A stretch of DNA of 63,421 nucleotides, the filler included, from Choristocarpus tenellus KU-1152 (taxonomy: Eukaryota; Protista; Phaeophyceae): the NCBI GenBank assembly GCA_964200185.2. It is 9 parts of 9 records of this genome, joined end to end, with 100 filler letters (N's around TTAATTAATTAA, not from the genome) between each part and the next. Parts side by side here need not be neighbours in the genome. Positions count along the whole stretch, not along the records: positions 25,120 to 48,577 come from CAXNAD020000245.1; positions 48,678 to 53,786 come from CAXNAD020011838.1; 7 more parts are not named here. One strand, given 5' to 3'. Both the position numbers and the translations under genes were made by a program. This document shows positions 39,201 to 52,100 of this stretch, in pieces (the stretch's first letter is position 1; every line of letters begins with the position of its first letter). A model generated the notes under the pieces. That model worked only from the letters and a program-made list of their open reading frames with translations. It was not told the origin of the DNA and ran no database searches.

Positions 39201-41149
39201 CTTAAGGTCAACACTCTAGTAATTAAAAGGACAAGGAATAAAGACATTGACAACACTCAAAAAACTAATTCTGTCAAATTAAATCAACACTAGCTACACT
39301 AGAAAAGGGGGATTGCAATGGTATCAGGTGCTCGATTAAACGACCTGCAAAGACAAAGCTAGCATTGTGTTAAGAAGACAATTGCAATAACCTGAGCAGA
39401 GCATTTGGTTTATCACGTACCATGACTACACTTACCATGATGATTGCTTAGGGCGTCACCGCAAATATCTTGTATCATGACGTAAAGTTGAGTTTACATG
39501 AAGATCACGTTTTGAAGTGAACAGTGACTAGAAAACCTGTGGCGGAGATAGACAAAATACATATATGACGGGAATTGCAGGTTAATGCACTTCAATTTTT
39601 GAATCATTCATGTTTGATCAAAGTTTGCAATAATATTGTAATCTATGGTCACACCTTGGAAGTGCATGCAGTGTAGGGATCATGATTCCGAAACAACTTT
39701 TGTGGTAGTACCTCTGATGAGAATTTTCACAACTGATATGGAAGGCTGCCAACTATTAGTAGCAAGTAATGTCCGAATACCAATTGGATGCTTCCAGGTA
39801 GCTGTTTGAAATTCGGGCAGTACTCGTATTGTGGCACAGGTCTTTTCTCAGAGGGCATCGTAGCTAAATCGATCAGCAGAATAGTAACTATATCAGACCC
39901 TCAGGTTAGCGGTTGTCGTCACTTGCCTCTCTGAGAAGATTATTTTTTGCACCATGAAAAAGAGTACGTAATCAACCGTCAACACAACAAATGTATCTCG
40001 AGTGGGATCAGAGCTTCTCAGTTGAGACACCTTTTCGCGTCATAGCACGGTTCATGAGGCCGGCTTAATACAAAACACGGACCAAGTGAAACTATCTTCA
40101 TCTCCCCTAACATGTTGTCTTTGCAGCAACACAGCCCAAGAACAACTAGCTCTAGCTTATGTGATTGCGGTTAATAGTTAGATGTGATGATATTAACCGC
40201 TGATTTTAACGTGACGCTTATCCAGATCTATCCGTCACAAACCTCAAGTGCTTGAATTGACGTAAGGAAGAAACGAGGGAAACCTGAACCAAGTTTACCT
40301 GTACCAACAAGGTCACATTCTCAACATTCAACATGCAATAGAAAAATCGTCATGTATGATCCAGGGGTGAGTCGGTCTCGACATTCCAATTGTCAATAAA
40401 ATCTCTACAGTATGGGTATCTAATCACCTGAAACGATATATCCAACCCGGAACGTATGTAGGCAAAGCACAATAGACGGATATAGGATTCGAACAGATAT
40501 TCATCAACACTTGTTTCAATGTGAAGTGGTAAAAAAACAGATGTACGGTGAGTATTGCATACTTCACACAAACGTGATGAAGGTCAAGCAGGAGCAAAAA
40601 GTGCGTTTGAATACAAATACATCGAGGTAGAGGTCAGAGCTTCTCTGTTTGAGACACTTTTTGCGTCATAGCACAGTTCTTAGGCCGGCTGATCCAAAAC
40701 ACGGACCAAGTGAATTGATCTTCACCCCCCTTCCAAAGTATCTGTATATCGCACCTCTCACACTCAGCTAAATTATAGTTTGGTGTTAGTATGACAGACA
40801 TACCGAGTTGGAAAGCAATTTACAGCTGGTTTAAAAACGGCAGGCGAAGATAGTCCAAGTAGGACTAACGTGAGTTGAAGCGCTCTTTCAACTCTTATCT
40901 ATTCCTCACCTCATTATTTCGGAGTTCTCCAGAATTGAGGATATTTTGGTTATTATGGTTGTGTGAGTGTGTGGTGTTGGGGTGATACCAAAAACTCGGC
41001 GCGTAGACTCGCGAGCGCGAGGTCGATGTTTTTGGAACCACACTTTCTTCAGGTTGTTGGCGTTTCCAGAGAAATCGGAACCTAACCCTAACCCAACACG
41101 TTTGTCCCTTCTTTGTATTATTTATTTAGTACATGATAGGGGAATGATA

Positions 41150-41215
41150 TAATTTTCATTGGTTTCCCCCCTGACACATCTGCAAAATGTCAGAGGGCAT
41201 AATAATATAATAAAT
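41150..41215 (+). mobile_element. LINE 3'-end stub (same family as 55541-56230)
   Basis: TTTTCATTGGTTTCCCCCCTGACACATCTGCAAAATGTCAGAGGGCATAATAAT. Confidence 0.75.
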
Positions 41216-41259
41216 AATCACTACATTAAATCAGAACGTACAAACCATAGTACTTTTCA

Positions 41260-44200
41260 ATTGTTATCAATTTGACTTTCTTTTAGCCATAACCCTAAAG
41301 ATCTGTAGTAATCGAAAGAAATCAAGTGTTGGTCCTAACAAGGTGATCTTTGCACAAGATGACAGAGACAAGTGAGGTAATGCAGCCGGAGCTGTAGCTG
41401 TGACCAAGCCTGCGACAGTTTTACCTGGAGCAGTTACCACACTTCTCCCTGAAGGGGCATGTCCATTGATTGGAGATGGCATGATTCTTCCTTACAGAGT
41501 GAGAGAAGTAGTCGCCGTACCCGCCACCCACATGAGGAGGACATCAGCAGGAGCAGTAGCGAAACCTCCACCAGATTGGGAAGGAGCAGCTACATCTGAG
41601 GTGCTTTCCGTGATAAAATATCTCCATTGCCCCCCAATCGCCTATAAAAGGGCTAGAGTTGAGCCTCCAACTCCCATGGAGAAGAACCAAGCGGGCAATC
41701 ATTGAAGGCGAAGGCCTTGCTAGTACCGATGTGCTGGCCGTGATGGAAGACCTCGATGTCCCTCTGCTCCCCTGTGAAAATGATCAAGCTATTCCTCCAA
41801 TTCCTGAGAGAGAAGGAGCGAAACAATCAAGCCCATTAGGGGAAGGCGTTGCTTTCCAAGGTGGTTGCCACAGTGGCAGACGTTGGTGACTCTCGCAGGG
41901 AAGGCACCCTGGCAAGGCAGGTGGTGGGCAAGGCTACCAGCACAAGACTGATGGGACTGGGGGAGTTGATCTTCAAAAGTCTCATCACGGGAGGGGAGGC
42001 CGTGGCATATTGCCTGGATCGAAATATTCGTTTACCCTCCCTGTGCCCTCATGTATTGCCTGGCCCATCGCAGGGCTAAGTAGGTGAAATAAGAAGCACT
42101 TCCAAGGTGCCCATCTTTATCCACTTGGCATGGAGCACTACATGCCTAACCAGAGGAGGGGATGCCAAGGCATGTTGCTAAGGCTAGTCGAGCTTGAACC
42201 TTGTGTCCTCCCAAGTGCTGCATGTTGCACTACTGGACTGGAAGGGGTCTACAAGGGACATCTCCAGAGTTGCACGGTGGATAATTGCAGTTCATGTGTA
42301 TCGAGTATGGTCGGGCCTCAGGCCAACTACCCATGAGATCCAGGTAGCATGGTGACTCTTCAGAAGGCATTGCATTTATTGAGGTTTGGGATGACCAGTA
42401 CCAGCTTTGGGGTGCATTGGAGCATACCCAAGTTACCGAGGCTGGAAGAACCTGTTCATGCTAGAGGAATAATCAATCTTGATGCAAAGTAAGCTTTGTT
42501 TTTAGCATCTGTGCTTGACAGTACCACTACTCATTTATTCTGCTAGGAGAAGCTTGTTGAATCTATGTTTGACCAGATTGTATGTTGCGCAATGCAGATA
42601 TTTCTCTTGTACTGACATATTTATCTGCCCCCTTTTGTATGTGTGATTGTGCTGAGGCACACTGAATGTCATGTGTCACAAGTGGGTAATGTTAATATTT
42701 GCCTGGAGATACATATTTTGCATCACGTTCTGTATGGGTGGATGTCGTTTTTCTTTTTGTTTGACAGATTACAATCGGGTTGACAAGTGTGACTTTTGTC
42801 TTGCTTCCTTAGTGTTGAAGTCTAAATCTATGAACTGTTGGTGGTTGATTGGTTGCAGACAAGGGATTTCTGAATTTGCTAGTTCATTCTCCAAGTATAG
42901 CAAACGCATTTCTTGTTAAAGATCATTCCAGTTGGCCTTAATAGCTAAAGATACCCAAGCTAGTAGCATAGATTTGTTAAGACTTGCTTGTAAGTGTTTC
43001 ACCCAGCAAGCTTGTGAAGGGGAGTCACCCCTCTCAGTGAAATCCGATCTTGATTTTACCTTAGTTTTGGTCTGGTAAAATGATATCACATAATGCTATG
43101 TTGTGAAAGGGGAGCCTCTCATATGAGTATATGGCATTATCGTTGCTCCGTTCAGAATGATGTTCATTCCACTGTGAAAAAATACCAGGGGAGTGTCATG
43201 CAAGTACTTTGAACACTTGTGTGACTATTTGGTTGTGCAATTGAATTGTGGTTGATTTCACCCCCACATGTGGTTGTGATGGGTTGTACTGGTGTGTGCA
43301 CCCAATATTGGTGAGTTGTATTATCCTCCCCAGTGTCTACTATAGGAGGGAGCTCAGTTACTACACTCAGGATTTTGGGGTATTTGATGTGGAAAGATCT
43401 TCCAACCTTGAAGTATTTGTCAGGAGGTTATTTTGGTGATAACTACTTACAGGTTGCTGATTGTGTGGCATGGTTTAACATCCTTTGGTGTTCTTGAGTG
43501 TTTTTGTAGCATAGAAGACTAAAAATGGATTTGCTTTGAATCGGTTTCAGGTGTTTGGAATGGCATGCTGCCTGGATTTCCGTGTGTCTTGCCATCGATT
43601 GCACTGTGTGCAGTTGCATGCCGGAGTTCTCATGGATTTGCAAAGTTGGCATTTATGTAGCACTGACTTCTAGTTATGACTGCAGCTTGATTATGTCCCT
43701 CTGTGCAACGTTCCTTGTATGCAAAATGTTTGCGCAGTATGGGCCACCATGGTGCCTGTATGCACTAGTACTATGTCCCATGAGATGTGGTAACCACCCA
43801 CAGTTTGTTGTTGGTTCTACTTGTATGACAAGGTATTCATGATGGACTTTGTTATTTCTGCTTGGCACCTCCGCTGATTGTCATTTGGAAGCTGTTTTAT
43901 TTATAGTGCATTGTTCCTGCACTATTATCGGCTGAAATCCATTTCAAATAGTGAACTGTATGAACAGGGGCTTATTTGATAGCACATGCCTCATCTGACT
44001 AGGAAAGTCATAGTTGCATGGTCAGTTTTCGCTGAACTACCAAATCTAGCTATATGTAGTACTCTCATCTTATTGGATTTTTCCTTTTGTGTGTTTGGAG
44101 TATTATTTGGTGAGTTCAGGACCTAGTTATGTCTAGTGACCACTCACAGTCGTTGGAGCTAGGGAGAGGGTGTTTGAATGGACTCTCCCAACTGTATTGG

Positions 44201-44289
44201 AGATAACTAGTAGTATGCAAGAGAAATTAGTTGGTTAACCCATACATGCTTTGCAAATATAGTTCCTTCAGGGAACAAAGGTTGCCAGC
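41260..44289 (-). mobile_element. Decayed non-LTR retrotransposon (RT and C-terminal region)
   Basis: Ordered RT-motif remnants on the minus strand: NGFQPIIV (~43930), STSAYRH (~43770), ANFANP (~43640), DTPLVFFHSGMNIIL (~43190), LGIF (~42950). Many stops and frameshifts. Confidence 0.5.
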
Positions 44290-45086
44290 ACTCTGATCTT
44301 ATGATTATGTGCTACACAACCGGCAACATGTCAGGTGGGAGTTCCTCCATGCACGGAAGGGGGGTGTCATACCCCTATGATGTCTTTACCGTCATGATGC
44401 ACCATGTGGAGACCTCACTAACGGGACACTACACTGCCCTCATCAGCAGCTGGAGTGAAGGGGGCCTGTCGAAGCACTGGCACAATGCAGACAACAGTAG
44501 AGTGAGCCCACTCAAAGCAGGTGCTAGTCCTCCCGTGGATGATACCATACTTGTTTTTCTACCACCAATGGTGATGAATGCCATGTGTTGAGTACTTTGA
44601 AGTAGTGTAGAGTGCCTGGGCCTGGATCGGAGGGGGGATCCTTGCCCTTCTAGGTCACCCATGCTTTAATCCCCAACAGTAAGCAACATCCAGGAACCAT
44701 TTGGGGATCACAGCATGGGTGGCCTAGACAGGCAGAGATCCCCCCCTGACCCAGGAACTCTACACTACCTCAAAGTACTCAACTCACGGCATTCATCACC
44801 TTTGGCAGTAGAATAAAAAAGTATGGTGTATCATCCATGGGAAGACCAGCACCCGTTTTGAGTGGGGGGCTTATTCTGCCGTTGTCTGCATTGTGCCAGT
44901 GCTTCGACGGGCCCCCTTCACTCCAGCTGCTGATGAGGGCATTGTAGTGTCCCATTAGTGAGGTTTCCCCATAGTGCATCGTGACGGCCAAGACATCATA
45001 GGTTTGTGTGATCTCCTTTCCGTGCATGGAGGAACTCCCATCTGACATGTTGATGGTTATATAGCACATCTCCGTAAGATAAGAGT
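44290..45086. repeat. Long inverted repeat (arms ~390 bp, loop ~24 nt) containing two tail-to-tail ubiquitin-specific protease (peptidase C19) His-box fragments
   Basis: 44290-44677 is the diverged reverse complement of 44701-45086. ORFs 44301-44591(+) and 44779-45123(-) encode YDVFTVMMHHVETSLTGHYTALI...WHNADNSRVS and YDVLAVTMHYGETSLMGHYNALI...WHNADNGRIS...PYFFIL. Confidence 0.9.
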
Positions 45087-45144
45087 TCCAAAAGAAAGGG
45101 GATATCAAGAATACAAGAAACACGTGAGGTTGGTGGGAAGCAGT

Positions 45145-45329
45145 GGGTCAAAGTATCTGGGGGGGGGTGTCGGCATCCGTTTTTCACCCCTTTTTCGATT
45201 TTCACTTTTTTGGTGTGATTTGGTCGCACATGTCGAATTTGAAATGTCAGCAAAAATAAAAGTTGTTGACCAAAACGGACGCCCCCTCACAAACCACCCC
45301 GCTCCCGGCCCCCCCAGATACTTTGCCCC
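45145..45329. mobile_element. MITE subtype A, complete
   Basis: TIRs GGGTCAAAGTATCTGGGGGGG / CCCCCCCAGATACTTTGCCCC. The flanks do not match each other (agt/ctt). Confidence 0.9.
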
Positions 45330-47000
45330 CTTTATCTGTGCAATGGTGGCAATGGATGTAAACAGAGAAAATGTCAGGCCATGGCAATGTGGCACACCTA
45401 TCCTTCAATAAGGTATCACAGGGCTTAGTTGTGTCACATACGTAAGACGTGCATTCCTCCAGTTAGGGCCTGTATCCCTTCTGCAGCACACCATGATAAG
45501 AGTCCAACAGGAATGATTGGAGGAGATTTGAGGGTTTGATTCCAGGCACAAACATGCCTGCAACAGTTGTTTGTGCCACAGACCTCGGGTAAAAGGCAAC
45601 ATAGCCCAGGCCCCTCCCTCACTGCCCCCTATAGTGCATTTTTTCCCTCGCAGGAGTATGTGTCACTTAATGATTAGTCGAGGATGTTCATCCTTAGGTA
45701 GTGTCCTCACACTGTACTCAAATCCTGTCTTGCCTAGGAAGACCTTTACATGTTATGGTTGACAGCTCATGATCTTGTGCTTCCTCCCTTTTGTTCTTTC
45801 ATGGATAAATATTGAATGGTGAACAGCAGCAGTTGGTGGCTACAAGTGCCTTACATAAGAACTGTAATTTAATAAACCAGAATTGATATCTTAGTCGAGT
45901 TGCATGAACCCAAGATCTTAGTGCAATATCACTGTAAGTACCAGCCCTGCTGTTCTAATGCTGGAATAGAGTCTGTGAGTAAGTGAGAGTATGCATTGGT
46001 TAAGAATTAGCATGTGTAGTCTGAGACTCTCAGTATAGGCCAGAGGTTATGCTCTAGTACACAGTTAAGGGGAAACTCGTGAACCACTGCCAGTATTTCC
46101 CTGGACTTGATGTTGTCTGAGCACCCTACTCTGAGCGTACATCAGTGAACTCTGTAATGCTGTGTGTAGCAGGCTCCTAGGGCTGTAGAGCAATTGCCAT
46201 TGGACAAATTGCTGAACCGTGACATCTATGATGGCAGAAGTAAAAGCGTACCTCTTTGTGGACTGTGTGCATGGGATGACCCAGGGGTGCTAACCAGTAA
46301 AGTATGGTGACATGTCCAGGCCATCCGCAGGAAAGGGTGACACTTTCCTTCCACTTTTGAGCTGGTCAACCCTTAAACCGTTCACTGGACAATAGACACG
46401 GAATGAGGTACTAAGGTCGTGGGTGTTTGGGAGGGGAACTTGTCCTGGTGGTAACCGTGCGTGATGCTAAAGTGTTCATATGGAAGAGCAACACAGTCCT
46501 AGCTCCAGAGCTCTTTGCCTGTTCCTCACTCAGGCATACTCCCAATCCTGCAACAGAGTTGGGCTGTAGCAGCCTTGAGGAAGCGAGAATGAGATGCGCG
46601 TCGAGGTGAGTTCACAGACTCACTCATTTCATAGACTCCACTCTGCATGCATTCACCGCCCCTTCCACAATCTCTGCATGCTGAGATCCACCACTAATAA
46701 CCTTTACAATCTCCCTGGTTGTGCCAGACTTACCATTCCACGAACCTCTTGATGCACAGGATCAGCACCTGTGTCGGTATATTCAGGTAATCCCTTGTTG
46801 ACACCTCACAACGAAGGTGTGCAGATGCAAGTTTTGGAGGGAGTGAGTGTGGGGATTGGCTCAAAGTATCTGGCAGGGGGTGGCAGCTGTGCATTTGGGG
46901 TCAATTTTTTTATGGCACGATTTTTGTGTGATTTGGTTGCATACATTGGATGGATAATCTAAATGCACTTTTGCTGATTTTGGACCAAATGGACACCCTG
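45330..47000 (-). mobile_element. Decayed LINE fragment (possible APE endonuclease to start of RT), interrupted by a MITE
   Basis: Minus-strand GPNWRNARLTYV...CHIAMA..FSLFTSI resembles the first RT motifs (W-x-x-A...RPIA...KLF). Weak APE-like remnants at ~46450-46820. Confidence 0.4.
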
Positions 47001-47034
47001 GTGTAGACTCCCCCCCCCCCAGATACTTTGGGTC
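46858..47034. mobile_element. MITE subtype B, complete, flanked by ATT on both sides
   Basis: GGCTCAAAGTATCTGG...CCCAGATACTTTGGGTC, with ATT at 46855-46857 and 47035-47037. Confidence 0.9.
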
Positions 47035-48134
47035 ATTGCGCAAGGAGGAAGAGGGGTGGGAGATGATGGGGTGAACGAAGGTAAGTTACTTTTTGGCGGT
47101 GGTGGTGCAGGGGAAGATTGTACATGTGTATCTAGACAGGGTTAAGTTTTTGACAACACAAGAGATTGCAGCTGGTAGGAAGGATCTTTCATTTACCAAA
47201 AATTGTGGTGGATCAAAGGGTGAAGGAAGATCTGTATGAATATGGATGCTGTATGGGCACCAAATCAGTATTGATAGTCTTGTCCCCATCTTTGTACGAC
47301 CTCATCTCTAAAGCACAATGCCATTCAAAGCATAATTGAATCAGTGCCTGGTACCACCAGTAGCAGCGACACTTATCAACCCCATACTATTGCAACCATG
47401 GCACCTTGTCTCATTTCCCTTATCCATCTTCCGAGGAGCATGTTGCTGGGGAGGCAAAGGGGCAGCTCGGCAGAGGGGCAGCTCCCCCCCGAGATTCCAG
47501 TCAGGCGGAGAGTCAAAACTACAGCAAACTGTTGGGGAAGCTATATTTGGCAAGAGGACGAGTATATCGCCCAGACGCAAATCAGTTGAGATAAATTTGG
47601 TGAGAGCAGCAGATGTGGCGATTGGACAGATGAGAGGGGGAGGAAATGTGGAAGAAAACTATGTCCCAGATCGTCACTCCACATTGCTGCCCAATGACTT
47701 ACTGGTCTCGACAGCAGCCTGCAGATGAACCAGAGTTTTCCATTTAGGCAGCGTTTGGCAGCGAGTAAGACAAATCCTAAATTCCAAGCTGTAAGACTAC
47801 CCACACCAGGCAGTAATCTTTCCTCTTGAGAGCGGAAACAGCAGCAGCAGCAACAACAAACTGGTACAGTCCTAGCTCACAGAGGTTCACATATGTACTC
47901 TTTGCTCTGGAGCAATTCACTTGACGTGTTCTTACCGTACCATACGGTATTCTACTGTTGTACTTGAGCGTATAGCCTAATTATATATACAGCATCTCCG
48001 GGTACAGGTGTTTATGGAAAGTAGTAAATTAGAACTGCAGCATGAGTCGCCCTATCTTTCCTGCCACACAGGAAGTCAAACATGTCTAACAGAATTGTCT
48101 GGGCAAGAATCAGAGCACCATGAGCACCTTCTGA

Positions 48135-48167
<33 letters not shown>

Positions 48168-48230
48168 AACAAACAAACTCACACTCTCTTCAGGCGTGGA
48201 GATTGTGGGGGTTGTTTGCAATCTACATGA

Positions 48231-48411
48231 GGTTCGAAGTGTCTGGGAGGGGTGGCGGCTGTCCATTTGGGGTCAATTTTTTCATGTCGCGATTTCTGGG
48301 TGATTTGGTTGGATGCCTCGGATGGATAATGAAAGTGCATGTTTCCTGGTTTTGACCCAAATGGACACCCTGGTGTAGACATTCCCCCCCTCCCCCAAGA
48401 TACTTTGGGTC
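48231..48411. mobile_element. MITE subtype B, complete, flanked by TGA on both sides
   Basis: GGTTCGAAGTGTCTGGG...AGATACTTTGGGTC, with TGA at 48228-48230 and 48412-48414. Confidence 0.9.
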
Positions 48412-48682
48412 TGAAGATACTCAGTAAGGCTGTGGTTACTCATAAACAGGTCATATCTTGACCCCGATCATCCTCCAAGGTCTTGTACTGTACATACTCT
48501 ACACAGTGTCACAGGGGTAAACAGTTGTAGTGAGGAGTATAGGGCATTGACATGTACGCAGTACATGCAGGGCACACNNNNNNNNNNNNNNNNNNNNNNN
48601 NNNNNNNNNNNNNNNNNNNNNTTAATTAATTAANNNNNNNNNNNNNNNNNNNNNNNNNNNNNNNNNNNNNNNNNNNNATTTT

Positions 48683-50460
48683 GGGTCAAGCTCATCCTCA
48701 ATGAAAAGCTCCATCCTCAATTTTTGAAATCGGCCGTTCATTGCCAATTTTGCCGTACGAAGCAGAAGATGACAACAACATGGATTAGTTCCTTTAGTTC
48801 CTTTAGTTTCTTGTGTTGCATGTTGTATGTCCCATGGTGATAACGAATTTCTCTGTTGTGCCCTCTCGACATCAAGAAAACAATTGAATCAATAGGGTCA
48901 TCTTTTTCCATTGTTCCTTTGTCTTTCCGTTGCGTGGTCCTCGGATCATTTAGTCACAGATATTGCTTCATTGAGACAAAGAAGAACTATGGTAGAAGAT
49001 GCCCATGCTCACCAAAGCCGATAGTTGGCGACAACCCTAGAAGCATTGAGAGGTGGAGGTAAGCCTGGGCGTTCGCCTAGAAAATACCATGTCTGCAGAA
49101 AGAAGCGAGACATTGTGTAGATGCTCATGTCGACGATGACATTCTTGCATTGCACCCAGCCCGAACCTTGCTAACCATACGCACTGCGTTACCATTCAAC
49201 AAAATGGAAATGAGGGTGGAATTTCTGCTTCGTTAGTTTGCCTGTTGAACCCGGACCAGAATTTTAAGCGTGTTATAATCATGAAAAATGGCCAAGCACA
49301 GGCGCCATTGCTCTCCCTGAAGGTGTGCCAATTCCCATGGTGTACTGGCACTGTTGCTCATTGTTGATGGTTAGTGCCAATGGATAAATATTTGCATGCC
49401 CTTGTATTGTTTCTCACATTATGATCTTGATGGTCTTCAGCGCTGATGTCTCTCTTCATAACTCAACTGTCACGAGTGCAAGCCTAGGGTGCTTCAGCAC
49501 TTCATGGCCCTTGGGTTGGGCAATAGTTTACCGCTGCAGATTAAGATATCATTACAACTAGGTTGTCCTTGCAATTCGGATATGCAGAAAGGAGAGTACT
49601 TGCAACCGTAAGTTTTTCCTCAATTCGATGAACAAAGGTCTTTTTGAACCGAGCTAAAGGCCAGATGACTGCAGTACACTCCTGCACACCTGACGCCTTA
49701 TTCAAGTGAAAATGACCTTCTCTCAACATTGGTGATGGAAGCAGAAGGTGCAGGTGCAAGAATCAGGCCTCCTATGGAAGATGCCACTTCCTTTCCAATA
49801 CCAACAGAACTGGGGCACTCAAGCTGTGGTCTCATCTAAGGTTGTTCACCAGCAATGTCACCACCACCCTCTCCACAACTTGTGCACAGTAGTGGGGGGT
49901 TGGATGTGGCAAGGGTGGGACCTCGACCACTCACATCATGTGCTGGACTTCATACGTCACCACACCTATGCAATGTGATGAGTAGGTGACCATGTCAAGT
50001 CTACACGTCAACAGCAGAACAGCAGTACCACCATGGTCACTGCCTCAATATTGCCGCACCACGCCATGTTTGGAGAACTGGTGAATCCTCACCTTGTCGT
50101 ACCCAAGCATCAACATCGAGCTGGTCCTCAGTAGTATAAACGTGCTCTATGGAGATGTGGTTGTGCTGTCCCATGGGGAGGATATGGACTGGTATGACAG
50201 TGATAATCACTGATACAGATGGGAGCTTCATCTCTATGTGATAGCATGTGCCTTTGGCTGTGTTGTGTAGTGACTGTGGGCAGGTGCTCCTCACCTTTGA
50301 CCACTGCTGCAGGATCAGAGACTTTGTGTAGCTTCATGATTTTTGGACTGTTGAAGGCATGTATTTTTTGTATCCTTTTAGGCACATGGTGTGCTTTTGG
50401 GAGTTCCATGCATGTGCTTGCTTGTTTCATCTTCACTCCTTACGTGACAAGTGATGCAGT
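48683..50460 (-). mobile_element. Decayed MULE/MuDR transposon
   Basis: Minus-strand GIGKEVASSI-PDSCTCTFCFHH resembles KGLxxAVxxxFP...CxxH. A SWIM-like VDMSIYTMSRFFLQ and a basic terminal segment follow. The ~50-bp terminal sequence is shared with 53897-53945. Confidence 0.5.
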
Positions 50461-51289
50461 GCTTGAGGACTGAGATCATCTGAACTTGCAAAAGGGTTAC
50501 ACCCACCATTCTTAGTAAGCATTTTTGTGCTTTTCTTGCTTTGTACATATTGATATATTGTGTTTTCCGTTCTAGTAAATAGAGGCGGGAAACGGGGTGT
50601 GGGGGCTACAGGTGGGACAATGAGTACCCTACACTAGACAAGGCTATTTGTCAAATAGCCTTGGTGTGGTAAATGTGTGTAGCGTGTGAAGACACAGTGT
50701 GGGGCTGATGCGTTTGTCTGACTGGAGCACCAATCATTTTTCTGGTTGTTCATTGTATTTTTCTATTTTTGTTTTTGAGTAGTAGTACTTTGATATTGGT
50801 GTCCAATACCTTGTCATATCCTTTCTTTGTTATCAAGACTGCTGTAACCTTACTTGAAACACGCATGCACTATAGTCAGTGTCTAGTTCTTTTTAAACAG
50901 CTCGTACATCTGATTTTCTAAACAATACTTCCAATCAGACAGATGTATGTATGCACGGAAAGAACAGGACATTGTTAGGAGGAAGTGAGTGGCATATAAT
51001 TCAACACAGCAACAACGTCTTCAAAAATCGCTCCCATCTCATATAATGATGCACAGACAGGCCATGCACCCCACCATATATCCAATCATGTTGAAAAAAA
51101 ACACATACTTTCTTCATGTTGTCAATCTCATTAGGTTTACTCCTGGACATTAGAGACCAACCCCAGTTATTCTGTCGTCATAGTAGAATATATTATATTC
51201 ATACACACAAACCCAACTTTTTGGTGACGGAGGTAAAGTAGGTACAGAGCTGTAAGGCGATACATCCATTACTACGAACAAGAACGATA

Positions 51290-52100
51290 CATGGTGCGAT
51301 GTTGATTTTGGCTCATAAACACATGTTTGTGTCTCATCCTTAACAGACCAAGATAATTCAGTTCTCGAATGAGGAAATTCCTTGTATTTATGTATGCGCA
51401 GTAGATGCTATCATCATGATGATACTCGCAAACGACATAATTTTGCAAATATGAAAACATGTCAACGGAAAAGGACCGAACGCGGAAAGCATGAGAAGAA
51501 ATACGCAACAAATTGCAGACTAAGTAAGAGGAACTTGACACATTTCAAATAACCGCTGTTGAACCCTAACACCAGCGTTATGAAACGCTCCACAGCTTGC
51601 CTTAATGAGATATGTAGCTCCAAAACACAAGCCTGTAGGCTGATGATGAGGCTCGCAGGCAGCATCTGTGATGTATCGATAGTCTGATAACCAATGAAAA
51701 TGAGTGTTTATCCGGGAAATATGATAATATAAGAGTTATTTCAAGCTTGATGTTCGACTGAGCTGAAAAGCATGTGTGGGAGTTGGTGGTGGACCTTAAG
51801 TGCTTCTTTCAATTTGTCAAGGACGTTTGTAGTATGTCGAACCTTTGTTCGCCAAACATGTCAACTGAGTTTTCCAAGTTATTCTTATTATCCGTATCAA
51901 GACCGCCAACATCTCCAGTACCCTTTTGTCTGTACAGTGGTTGGTTCGACCAACGTTCTGCCCAGTACCATTACTACAGGCCTTGTTCTAAGCTAGCTGA
52001 TAGACTAACCTTCTCTCCGGCATGGTCGCCACAGGCCTCGTTCTCAGCAAACTGAATCCTGTTGAAGTCTATACTTTTGGTCATGACTTGTCTTCAAGAG
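51290..52100 (+). mobile_element. Possible hAT transposase remnant
   Basis: WELVVDLKCFFQFVKDVCSMSNLCSPNMS resembles the hAT W-x-x-L-x-x-L-x-x-FL...PT-x-S block. Pattern match only. Confidence 0.25.

Noticed and set aside
41400-42336. Plus-strand ORFs as genes
   Set aside because: They are antisense shadows of the decayed minus-strand LINE.
45330-45400. Continuation of the USP fragment past the MITE (IAQIK as an LKRF-like motif)
   Set aside because: The segment fits LINE RT motif 1 better, and the mismatched MITE flanks suggest a rearrangement junction.
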